A stretch of 64,000 nucleotides of DNA from Takakia lepidozioides (Eukaryota; Plantae; Bryophyta). The number at the start of each line of letters is the position of its first letter. Position 1 is the first letter of the stretch. Under the pieces are notes generated by a model. It saw nothing but the letters and a program-made list of their open reading frames with translations, did not search any database and was not told the DNA's origin. Below, piece after piece: positions 40,810 to 53,375 of the stretch. The DNA lies in the NCBI GenBank assembly GCA_030704615.1, contig CM060731.1, forward strand, positions 43,028,001-43,092,000. Direction: 5' to 3'. A program made the position numbers and the translations under genes.

Positions 40810-41267
40810 ATGCACCCCAGTTGTTGTATGGTCGCAAGTGTGTTTCTCCTTTGCATTCTACCCCTCTTATTTCTACTGTAGCTGAGCCAGTTGATCTTGA
40901 GACCTTTGTTGCGGATCTTCATGCTTGGCATGTGGTATCCATCCATGATGCCAAGACGAACATTGGTAAGGCTCAGCTCACCCAAGCCCGTAATTTTAAC
41001 AAGCGTGTCAAGTATTCTAACATTTTTCAGGTGGGACAGACCGTGTGCATTCGGCTGCAGCATGATAAGCATGCATGCAAATCTAAGCTTAAGATCGACG
41101 GTCCATACTTGATCTATGAGCTTTTACGTGGGCGACGTGCTCTCCTTCTTCCACATGGGTTCAATGTCCACGCGCATGATGAACCTGTTTCTCTCACGGA
41201 TCTGGTGCATTCCGAGCTGGTCTTTGATCTTACGTGCATCAATGTGGAGGGACGTACGGTGGGATGA
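40810..41267 (+). pseudogene. Gypsy integrase C-terminal (GPY/F) remnant
   Basis: PQLLYGR...AKTNIGKAQLTQARNFNKR...FQVGQTV...KLKIDGPYLI. Confidence 0.75.
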
Positions 41268-42053
41268 TGTCTTGATCTTCTTCAGATTGGCTTCTTCGGC
41301 GGATTAGTGTTAGCTTGCGGATTTGGCACTTTGCGGCTTTTCGGCCTTTCTGGCCTTTTATTCTAGCTCTTGATGCATTTGTAGACCTATGATATGTCAC
41401 CACGTGTACTCCGTGCACGGTTTTCCTAGCCCAAGGTTTTGTCCTCGGCCCAATTTGCAGGTGCCAAGTTTTCCTTTGGTAGGTTTTTCACCCAGCAGTG
41501 GAGGGTGATTTTATCCCAACACATCTACTTATTATTTCTTATATTGTGCTTCGCGGAGCCTAGGAATTTTCGTGGGGGTAGGCTTCAGAGATGTAATGGC
41601 CCAAACTTTCCTCATCACAGATTTACCTTATTCATCCAAAGCGGCGATACTCATTCGTCGTATAAATTTTTGGCTTAAAATACCATTGAACCGTTACAAA
41701 GATATCATAGCCGTTCAATAGATCTAGGGTTTTGATGTGGCGCCGCGAGCTCAGCCTGACACGCCTCACCATGCGTCAGGAAGGCATGCAGCTAGGGTTT
41801 GTATAAAGTGGCGGCCTGACCTTGTGTCAGGCAGCTGATGTACTCTGGTGTATGTAGATGTGGAAAGCTGTCTGAATGCGATACGTGTATGATTTTCTGT
41901 CGGTTCGCTTGTTGAGCGTGCATGCACGCTCCTCTTGTTCTCCCCCGTTGTTTTGAAGAGCACTTGAGAGGATAGGCAGATATTCGTCCCGCCTCTTTTA
42001 AGGCTTCACAGTATGTCGACCATCCCCTAGGTTTCTCTGCCAACAACGGAACG

Positions 42054-44013
42054 TTACTCGTACAAATGGGCAGGCAACCTTTGGTGTGCCACAGCATGCA
42101 ACGGTTTTGCTCTGGGAAGTGATGCTCCGAATTTCTCTGACATGTCCAAAGTAGTGGGGTCCTGCCCATTTGGAAAGGACCAGTCAAAGCTCTGAACAAG
42201 GCGAGCAAGCATTATCTGAACCATGACAAGTGCGAGTGGCATTCCCGGGCATCCTCTCCTTCCGGTTCCAAAAGGCAAAAGCTGGAAGTGCTGGCCTTTC
42301 ACATCAAGCTCAGGATGCTCCATGAATCTTTCTGGATCAAACTCAAGAGGTCTTTCCCAGCTAGAAGGATCCCGGCCTATTGCCCATGCATTGACGATCA
42401 GACGGGTTTTGGCTGGCAGAATATAACCAGCAACTTCGCATGTCTCACGAGACTCGTGGGGAAACAGCAATGGAACCGGGGGGTGAAGGCGGTAGTTCTC
42501 TTTTATTACAGCTTGTAGGTACTCGAGATTTGGAAGGTCTGATTCCTGGACAAGCCGAGTGGTTCCAACGACAGCATCTAGTTCAGCTTGTACGCGTCTC
42601 ATCATATGAGGGTTGCGAAGAAGCTCGGCCAGTGCCCATTCTGTTGTGACCGCCGATGTGTCTGATCCACCAGCCATCATGTCCTGCGAACACAAGAATT
42701 TTGACCTCAAAGCTATCCCTCTACCTGAAGCCAGATTTTTTGGGAATAGATCTTGCATTCTAACATAGCTAGAACTTCACTAGTGCCGTAGCTTATTCGG
42801 GACGAGCTGTCGATGATGATGCTCAAGTGATCGTAAAGAAATTAGTGGATTACATTCATATTAATCAAAACTTACCAGGATCACAGCATGTATGGTTACA
42901 TCGGAGAGATGACCAGTTCCATCTTCTGTAGGCATGGTGAGCAACACATCAACAAAGTCTCTTGGTGTATCCCTATCCCCTTTTTCCAGTGATGCAGCCT
43001 TTCTGTGCTCGTCAATCCACTGCCGAGTAATAGTGTGCAGTGCGACCTGCGTCTCCCTAATACGCCCCTCGATATTGCAGCTTCGACACCCACGATAGAT
43101 ACGGGACGTAGTCACCAACAATGAACATCCCAAGAAACTGCGATAGTTTGCCGATAAGTCCGGTAAACTGTTGCACTTCTTTAGACTGGCTTTCCACATC
43201 GATCCCGCCGAACCTGAGACAGGTGGAAATGGCAATTCAATACTAAGCGTCGATGACAGTCCTGATGGATATTCACGTTGCCTAAACTGTTGATAGCTTA
43301 TAGGGAGTCAGGTTTCCATGGATGTCAAAATATGTACAACAAAGAACTTTGTATATGTTCTCATAATCTCCATTCAACACAAAATCAAACGGCCCAGCTC
43401 ATACATCACCTTTTCTTAATCAGCATGCGACTCATGTTGTTAGTAGCCAACGACGACAACTTGAGGTTGAGGTCTACCACCTTTTCATTCTGTGACTCCT
43501 CAAGGATGGCCTTCAATGTGGCAGTTATCTCCTCTATCCTCACAGATCGAAACGATTCGATGCGTTCTGAGTGAAGAGCTCAACCAGGCAGATCTTGCGT
43601 AAATGACGCAAATAAGACCCTGAAGAAAGCACAATGTTCTGGTAATTTCAAGAAAGTATATACGAAGCCAAAGTCTGTGGACGATAGGCAAACGCTTGAT
43701 CATGAGTCCTGAGAAACTGTTTTGTCATCTCTGGAGTCGACGCTACAACAGTATCGTGTGATCCAAGGCGCAGGTACATCAGAGGCCCATATGTGTTAGC
43801 CAGGCGTGCCAATGCTTGGTGCGGAAGACCACCCAACGCGGGTAGGTTGCCTAAGACAGGCCATGGGCGTGGCCCTGGAGGCAAGCGAGTGGGTTTTCTT
43901 AAGAAGAGATAACCGTACACTGCAATGGCGACAAGGACGCCTATCGATATAAGAGGTAGCCCAAGTTGTTGTTGAGCCCACCGAACGCTTCCTTGCAGGC
44001 CTGATGCATATGT
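42054..44013 (-). pseudogene. Cytochrome P450, CYP71 clan, probable pseudogene (3 exons)
   Basis: LPPGPRPWPVLGN, AGGSDTS, ENYR (ExxR), PERF and PFGTGRRGCPG. In-frame TGA at 43648 and frameshifts near 43567 and ~43075. Confidence 0.9.
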
Positions 44014-46856
44014 TTCCATATTTTCTACTATCCCTCTCAAGATCGTCGGAGATCCAAGTTTGCTGCCAGATGCTGGCTCTATCCCGTGAACTGGAGTACC
44101 GATCCAGAAAATGAGAACACTCTTCCTGGCGCCTATTACCTAGAGCTCTACCTTCCACCTAGACCTCTGTATTGAACACCCTGCCATTGTGTCGTGTCAA
44201 GTCCCTCCGAGTCACCTAAAGATAGGAGTGTTTTATCTCGCGTTGAATGGTTGAGATCTCTTGAAGATCTCGATGGATTGCTAAGATCCCTAGAATTAGA
44301 ACAAGCCTGAAACGGCAATGGGCTCTCTTGCTTGGGCAAAACATAAGAGAGGTAAGGGTGAGGGGCATGAGTCGGCACAACAACGGATCCGAGCCTTGAC
44401 CCGGTGTAAGGTCCTTTGACCACATTTTCTCATTTGACTTCAACATGTTGCAAAGTCTCTCTCTACAAGAGAGCCAATAAAAAAAGACCAATTTAGAAAA
44501 GAAAGCATAAGACCTTAAGCCATAAGATGCCCCAGCCCAGGGATCTTTTGCGCACCAAAGGCAAAATTATCGTATTTTACTCTTAATTAATTACTGAAAG
44601 TTATTAATATTTATATGGTTGGAATCGTCATGAGATGTATTAATAGAATATGGCTGGTGAACGTGGAAACAAGCAAGCCTATAGGAGATATTCCTGCAGG
44701 TGTGAAGGAGGGTTTTTCTGGAACTATTACTTCGCACTTAACGGTTCACTGCGCATCGCTTCCATCAATCACTGCGCAGCAAGACCCTATCCATGCGCAC
44801 TAAAACAGAAGCAACCTCAAAATTTACAAAGAGACAAAATTCAATCTGCGATATGATCTCTTAACCACCACATGCTTACATGAAATTAAATTTCAATGTC
44901 ACAATGTGCATCAGTCCTTAGTTTTAGGCACCACAAGAAACAAATCAACATGCTACCAAGTCTTTTTCGAGCAAGAAGTTGTTGTTTATGCAATTTCAAC
45001 TGTGCCTCCAATGCTCTCTTCTCTGCTGTAGCAGCTCTCTTAGCAGCCTTTTCAAGTTGCTCCTAGCTTTTTGTTTGGCTTTCTCCTCTCTCTTTTTTTT
45101 TCTTTTCTTTTGAGTTCAGCGATGTACTCTGGACTAGTGATCAGCTTGCTTCTTCCAATTGTTCTAGGCGGCTGAACATTAGGGAGATTTAATATTGTAG
45201 AAAGAGACCTATCTACAATCTCCACATGATGCTCAACGATAGTGTCATTAGTCAGGTCCTCGTTGATAGAACCTTGCGGTCACATATTTGTGAGGGCCGC
45301 CCAGTTGTGCCTAATATTACTCTTTGTTCATATTACTGACCGTACTCCCGTTGACAGAAGCATGCAGTAGTAAGTCACAACCATTTCTATTGATGCAATA
45401 AGGACGGAATGCACTAGACTCACTATTATGCAGCAAGTGAATATTCTCATGCGCTTCATTTGCTTCGATTTGTGGGAAGCACTATGCTGTTTTTTTGTAC
45501 ACGTCAGTCTGAAAATATACAACTCGCTATCTAGGAGAAACAAACTATTCTATTGGTCAATGTATTAGAATCTTGCAGTAATATGGGTTTGGTCCAATAG
45601 TGCGTAGTGATGTAGCCAGATGTGCATATTAAGGTGCCACCTCACCTGCGCAGTGTCTTAGTGAGGTGGTGGGCCCCACCACTTTGACCAACCTCTGGGC
45701 TTTACCGGGCTTTTCGTGGGGGTGATGACGTAAATACATACAAATCTATCGGCATTCCAGATCCACTCCGCTGCTGATCGAGGATCGCACTTGTGAGCAG
45801 GTTTGGGTAGCTGCCGAGATCACGAGACTGCAGGTGAACTCGCGGAGGGAGAGTTGCAACGTTGCTCAAGTATATAAGTTACTGTGAATCCTGTCATCAC
45901 GTCAAGGCTTCCAATTCATCGTTGACGCCGAGGAACGCCTGATGAAAAGCTTGGAGCACTGGCAGATCAACTCGTGTGAATCCTATTGACGTCTGGGCAT
46001 CTCGTGTACCAGCTTTGTTTACAGCGGAGCCGTCAGTCCTCATCGTCTTGTAGCCGTATCTACTGTATACGCCCTCACGTTTCTTCTGGATGATCTTTTC
46101 TTTGATTCTACGACTTTCTCCTCGAGGAGTATGGCATCGATTCGCAGCATCCGTGAGAGCCCTCGCAAAAACGGAGAGTTCCTCAACAACTTGAACCTTC
46201 TCTTCAGGCAACAAGAGCCTCCGTGCGATCCCACCCCGATCGAGGGGTTGATGTGGGAATCAGGTGAGGACTTGAGAGGCTTGTCCAACCCGGAATGGTT
46301 CAACGCTTTTACATACGCTTCATCCGGTACTGCAGAGTGACCGGAATTCTGGAGGCCTGTTTTCTGTGAAACTCGTGGAGCTTGCCACCAATGCCTTTGT
46401 TCCAGACGAGGTGCGCGCCCAACCCCTCATCCAACAGCGCGACCGCTTTATCCAACGATATTTTCTCATGGTATCATAGCAGTGTTAGGGGTAACACCCG
46501 TCGATTCTTGGAGAGAGTGAGCACTGCTCCACTAGGGAGACGGTAGTCGTGAGAGTATTTCCACGAAGATAGATGTGTTGTGTCAGGTCCCGGGAGATTG
46601 TTGTGTTGTGATTAATTACTGGTCGTTCTATTCCTCTACTCTTATGCTATTCTTGTTTTCATGATTGTTCTTACACTATTAGTCAGCTTCTGGATCTAAT
46701 CTATACTAGTGAAATACTTGTGTAGAAATCTTCATATCTATAAACTTGTCTTGTTAAAGTTTTTTTTTATCTAGCATGGATTGATCCTTATCATCTCTAA
46801 ACGAGATTAACAAGCTTGATGGGGCCAACAACTATACTATGTGGAAATTCAAGATA

Positions 46857-47789
46857 CCGTAGTGGGATAGCAGGTTAGGCAGAAATTCGAAACAAAAGTG
46901 CCTAATCAAAAATAAATTATTTTTTACTCATTTTTAAAAATTATTTTTAAAGAATGCCAAATTTTCCAGAATTTCACTAAAAGTGCCTAGGTATAAAAAC
47001 CTGAATTTGAATTTAAAAACAAATAGAAAATAGAAAAACAATGATTTCATAAAAATAATATTCATTTAAAACGTCATCCGGACTCAGTTTTCAATTTTCA
47101 TCCATGACAGCGGCTGAGTTTTCATTTAAAACGTCATCCATGGACTCAGTTTTCCATTTTCATCCATGGCAGCGGTTGTATATTTTTATTTTATATTTTT
47201 TTGTTTTTAAAAGAACTGGGGGATTGTAGCCCTGGAAATTTTATTTAAATACTAAGGAAAAAATAACCTTACAAAGCCTGAAGGCTGAGGATGTGTTCTC
47301 ATTTATTTTCAGTTGTCTCATTTGAAAAAACTTCACATCCAAGATGCCTAAATTTATTAAAATAAATAATTTAAAATTTAAAATTATTATATTAAAGTTG
47401 TATTTTATTTTTTTATTTTTATTTATTTGTTTTAAAAAAAAACCTTACTGCCAAATGGCCCAAAAATTAATTATTAGGCAGGCAAGTGCCTAACCGGCAG
47501 TGTTTTTTTTTTCACTTTTCCAAAATCGCAGGCAGGGCGACATGTACGCAGTGCCCATATGGCGAGACTAACGTGGTGACCTAGTTAGAAAAGTGGCTAT
47601 ATTACAGGTTTCATATTTTAACAGGTCCACGCAAGACAAATCTGGCTCCTGATATTTGACCATTGGGCGATTTTTTTAATTTTTACTCCCGTAAGTCCTT
47701 AGTAAAAGTAGCTGACCCATTTTCCAGGTCGAAATCTGGCGATTTTTCGCCAGATTAGAAAACACTGCTAACAGGCTATCCCACTACAG
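46857..47789. mobile_element. Tc1/mariner-type MITE inserted in copia gag
   Basis: TIR CCGTAGTGGGATAGC ... GCTATCCCACTACAG and TA duplicated. Removing the element restores the gag frame FKIQTILERE. Confidence 0.85.
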
Positions 47790-49420
47790 TACAAACAATC
47801 TTGGAAAGAGAGGAGTTCTGAGAAGGGGAAGCAGAAAGTCGATGAAGCTATTTTTGGAAAGATGAACTCTTTGTCAAGGATCATGTGATTCCTTTCATTG
47901 TAGGTGTTACTAATCCCCGCGAGTGTTGGGACATTTGGAAGAGACTTTATGGCTGCTTTATGGCACAAAGAACAATGCTAAGAGGCTGTACGTCAGGCAT
48001 AAGTTCTCACAGTTGAAAATGGAAGAAAAAACCCATGTGGAGAAGTTTTTGCAGGAATTCAAGATACTTCTAAATGAGATGGCAGAGTATAACGATGTTC
48101 CATAGGAAAGCATGATCGTGGAGCAGATCATCAATGCTCTTCCTAAGAGCTGAGTCACATCCAGTGAGACAAGCCTTCCATCGTTCGAAGAACTTACGGG
48201 GCGTTTGCAGCTAGAAGAAACGCGATTCCTGAACCAACCCAAAGCACTGCGTGAAGAAGAAGTTTTCACTAGTACAAAAACCAGGTTTCATGACACTTTT
48301 TTTTTCTGTTTTCCTGACTCTTTTGATCATTTTGACTCATTTTTTATTCTTTTCCAAAGAGTCATGCAGATCGTGTCGTTACGATGACTCTAATATCCGC
48401 GTCGTGAATACGACTCTGGGTGACATCCCCTAGTGAACAAGATACGTGACCGTGTCACATCCGTGACTGATTTCTAGCAACACATAACTCTCCCCGGACT
48501 GCTACTAGTCAATTTCAGATGTGTCAATTTCAGATGATGACAGGTGTAGGGACGACGCTATCTCGCACGCATGCCACAACGAGCCACGTGTCACGTGGAT
48601 ATGCATTTGTTTTCTTTTCATTTTTTTCGATTTATGTTTTTATTTGTTTTTTATTTTATTTTTCATAGAACAGGGACAGTGGTTTAATTTGTATTGTAGG
48701 TTTACTGAAATTATTATGTTTATATGTATTCAAATATAATACTATTTATATGTAATTTATAATATCGAGATTATATTATTTTGTACAAATACATGGTGTC
48801 ACGAGCCAATTGGGTAAAAACAAATTCGACAATTGATGGAAATATGAAAAGAAGACAATGGTCCCTGTTTCAAATCTGTGCAGTGCCTCCGGATCAACAA
48901 AAAAATGGAGTGTTTTCAAGAATATAATCACTCAATAGTAGCCCAACTACCCAACTACCCACTGCATCCAAAAATGTGACAGACCGAGCACCTTCCTCCT
49001 CCCTGGTTGTCCATAGCATGCCTCCTTCTGCCCCAAGACCTTCACGTCCTTCCTTACAAGAGATCAAGATCACATGTCCTGCACATGAATGCACATATGT
49101 ATAAGCAACTCAACAACAAGTGCAGATTCCAATAGGAGTGCGCAACTGTAAATACTACATGAGATCTATTTAGCTAACCACTCAAATGTAACACCTATTT
49201 GTACTGGACCCACACTCTATCCCTGCTCCTTCACCTAATGTCAAAATCACTCCAAAACCATCATAGATCCACCAACGAGCTAACTTGCAGAATTCAACAT
49301 GAAAATTTAGGGACGACTTTGATAACAGGAGAAAAACAGGCTGAAATGTGTTGAAGAATGCACCTTCATTAGCAGTGCCTTCTGCCGCTACTAGAAGAGG
49401 CATTATGGACTCCCTCCCTT

Positions 49421-51640
49421 TTAGAAGATGTGGTCATGGTTGAGGTGCCTGATTTTATCAACTGTGCCACTGCAACAGCTGCCTTTAGTTGACCATCTAC
49501 CCATGTTTCTTGTAGCTATTGATCCACAGGGAATCATAGGTAATCTTGTGCTTGAAATCTGGACCTCTTGGATGAATCTGGACCCACACTCTATCCCTGC
49601 TCCTTCAGCTATCACTGCCTCTGCACAAATCATACATACATCCTTGCCTTGCAGCTGATGATGACAACCTAGATTTGTTCTAGGAAACATCCAACTCAGC
49701 TTATCCATAGTTCCTATGCTGAATTGTGTCTGCTACTCTCTGTAATCTAACAGGCATTCACCTTCCAGTGTTGACCTACATGTCATATACCAATTATCAG
49801 CCTTGTCAAGAAGGGAAACCACAAAGTGTTTCATGTTATTGCCATGCCCCCCTAACTCAGCTGCATGGAGCGAGGCCTCCCATTCACCTAGTTGAGTGTA
49901 TGACAGAAGAGAAATCATACCTTGTAAAGCTTCATATGGTGGTCACATCACAGCACATCATCTACTGCTATGAAGGATTCAGACGTAGATACCAGGACCT
50001 GATGCACACTTATGCAAGAAACAGACATAAGTATTTGAATTTACGGTCATGAAACGCTCCCTTGGTGTAAAGTCTGTAGAGCCTCTTTCAGTTGTCCTTC
50101 CTCACATGATCAAGCATCCTCACATTCCCGCCAATCGTTATAAAGAACATTTTGTGGATCCATCTCTTGGTCCTCTTTTGGAAGCTGTGGTCATCTTGTG
50201 CATTGTGCCGCTGCTGCTGTTTCCAGATGACCATCTACCTATGCAGGTTTCTTGTAGCTATTGATCCACAGTGAATCATAGCTAATATTGTGCTTGAAAC
50301 CCAGCCCTCTTGCATGAATTTCTACCCACCCTCATTCCTGCTCCTTCAACTACCCCTGCCTCCGCAACAATCATGTATGGATCTGAATCTTGCTCACATT
50401 TGACATAAGTGGCCATGAGGGTATTGTTCAAAATGACATCTGGAAATGTTCCAGCTTTGATGATGTCACCATGGACCTCTTTGCCCTTTTCCAGAGCTGC
50501 ATGCAGCCTCCCACACGCATAATAAACACAAAGAAATATGATGTGGTTGGGCTTCAGCCCTCTCTCACATTATTTGCTCATACGTCTCCAAAGCATCAAT
50601 CCCACACCCATATTGTTGCGCTTACCCTGCAATCATGGTACTCCAAAGACACCACATCTTGTTCAGCTAGCCATGTTGTCGAACACTCCCTTTGCATCCT
50701 TGCTGCACCTACATTTGGCATAAATGTCCACCAGGAGAGTGTTCAGAACGACATCTGGTACAATTGCAGCTTTGACGATGTCACCATGATGGACCTCTGT
50801 GCCCTTCCCCAGAGCTGCCAGGCTCGAATTGGGCATACATGTCCACCAAGGCATAGTTCAAATGACATCTGGTACAATTCCAGCTTTGTCATTGACACTA
50901 TGGACCTCTGCTCCATTTTCCAGGGCTGCCAGGCTCACATTTGGCATAGATGTCCACCAAAGCAAAGTTCAAAATGACAACTGGTACATTTCAGCTTTGA
51001 CAATATCACCGTGGACCTGTGCGTCCATTCCACAGCTGTCAGAATCACATTTGGCATACATGTCACCAAGGCAGTGTTCAAAATCAGATTTGGTGTACAG
51101 TTGCAGCTTTGACAATGTCACCATGGACCTCTACGCCCTTTTCCAGGGCTGCCACCTGCTCGCGTTTGGCATACATTACACCAGGGTTGTGTTCTGAATC
51201 ACATATGGTACGTTCCAGCTAATTTGACGATGTCACCATGGCCTCTGCTCTCTTTTCCAGGGCTGTTAGGCTCACATTTGGCATACATGTCCACGAGGGC
51301 AGTGCTCAGAATCACATCTGGTACAATTCCAGCTTTGACGATGTCACCATGGACCTCTCTGCCCAGTTCTAGGGCTGCCAGGCTCGCATTTGGCATACAT
51401 GTGCTGCATGGCAGTGCTCAGAATGACATCTAGTACAATTTCAGCTTTGACGATGTCGTGCCATGGAACTTTGCACCCTTTTTCAGAGCTAGCATGCTCG
51501 CATTTGGCATACATGTCCACCAGGGCAGTGCTCAGAATGATACCTGGTACAATTCCAGCTTTGAAGATGTCACCATGGAAGTCTTTGCCCTTTTCCAGCC
51601 CGCTGCCATGCTCGCACATGCTTTGCCCCCACAAACCAAC
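49421..51640 (-). pseudogene. Rearranged PLS-PPR fragments, including a ~111-bp tandem array
   Basis: Repeated EVHGDIVKAGIVPDVILSTALVDMYAKC. 5' and 3' flanks are shared with the PPR at 4600-5870. Confidence 0.85.
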
Positions 51641-52699
51641 GTGATGTGGTCAGGTTGAAGTACACCTCTCCCCGTACCTGATAATCAGCTGGATCAGGCC
51701 CTTCAGATCCCTATAATCAGGCCCTTCAGATCATCCTCGAGGTCCACCTGTACCAGATACCGCACATAGAGGACCTTGAGGATGATCTGAAAGGCCTAAC
51801 TACCCTTGACACCAGACCTGAAATTTAAACTCATGATCAAGTTGGGGAGTCTATCTTTGCACAAAACCAGATGTAGAGAGGTAAAGGAGATAGTAAATGT
51901 CCGACATGCCAACGGCCTGAAGACGATATCCGTTCTCCGATACAATGCCTGGGGTATTCTCATCAGAGAGCCACCCTTGATGTAAGTACTCTGAACACAC
52001 TCTTGTAGAAGAACTGGATGTCGTTATTAGCCAGTTCATGCTTTTCCTTCACTGCTACCTCAAAGAATGCAACCTGCATCAAAAAAGATGGCTTGAGTAA
52101 GCAGACTGGAGAGGGGCTTGGCAGGTACAAGAGAAGGACTGGGTAATAACAATTCAATACCAATATGTGATGGTGATTGATGAATACATGTCCTTGACCC
52201 ATTTGTCAAGGGTAAGATGATACCCTTGAACTTCTCCTCGACTTGTTGGCTATTTCTCTATTGCTACATTGGCAGTAACATGTCAAAATTACTCCACACC
52301 GTCATAGCTCCACCCAACGAGCTTACTTGTCAATATGAAAAATCTAGGGGCGACTGTGATAAGATGGGAAAATCGGCTGAAATGTGTTGAAGAAGAAGGT
52401 GCCCCCACACTGTCCTTGACCTTGTGCCATGAAAGCATACATGTTTTTGCAACAATGGAGGATTCTTGACCAGACCTAAACCCAAAAGGACCTCTTGCAT
52501 GTGCTACTTATGTTTGTAGTCAGGTGATCGCTGTGAGGAGAACCACCATGGTGCAGTTGAGCAACCATAGGTTTGAACTCAGCTTCCTAAGACCAAGCTG
52601 ACCTTCCCAGTACCTTGTAAAGACCAGGAGAAATACCAAATCATGATACTAGCAGGAAGAACGCACATTGACAGACTTCTACATTATGAAAGCCACACC

Positions 52700-53375
52700 T
52701 TGCGACTGCGCATGTCCCACCTTTGAGAAGGATCTTCAGAAAACTCGTGCCAGCTCTGCGTCATGGTCCACGACACCACATTTCGTTAAGCCGCTCCCTT
52801 TGCATGCTCGATGGCTCCACATTTGGCATACATATCCACGAGGGTACTGTTCAGAATTATGACAAACTTCTTCTCAACGTACTTTAAGAAAGCCGCACCT
52901 TGCGACTGCGACTGTCCCACCATCGACAAGGATCTTTACAAGCTCGTGCCAGCTCTGCTTCATGCTCCACGACACCACATTTCGTTAAGCCATATTGTTG
53001 AACGCTCCATTTGCATCCTCGATGGCTCCACATTTGGCATACATATCCACGAGGGTTCTGAACAAACTTCTTCTCAACGTACATTAAGAAAGCCACACCT
53101 TGCAACTGCGACTGTCCACCATCGACAAGGATCTTTGCAAAGCTCGTGCCAGCTCTGCTTCATGCTCCACGACACCACATTTCGTTAAGCCATATTGTTG
53201 AACGCTCCCTTTGCATCCTCGATGGCTCCACATTTGGCGTACAAACTTCTTCTCAACGTAGAAAGCCACACCTTGCGATTGCGACTGTCCACCATCTTCA
53301 TGCTCCACCACACCACACGCCATATTGTTGAACGCTCCCTTTGCTCCACATTTGGCATAACCACGAGGTACTATT
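52700..53375 (-). repeat. Degenerate ~200-bp tandem repeats derived from PPR S/P motifs
   Basis: GATGGCTCCACATTTGGC...CCACGACACCACATTTCG (VDMYAKCGAIEDA...RNVVSW) recurs 3-4 times. Confidence 0.75.

Larger units (their letters stand above)
38010..42010 (+). mobile_element. Internally deleted Ty3/gypsy-like LTR element (non-autonomous)
   Basis: Direct repeats 38010-38462 and 41592-42010, outer termini TGTGATGCC...GGCTTCACA, 4-bp TSD GTAT, PBS-like TGGTGGAG (tRNA-Ala-like) at 38463 and a G-tract at 41572. Confidence 0.85.
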
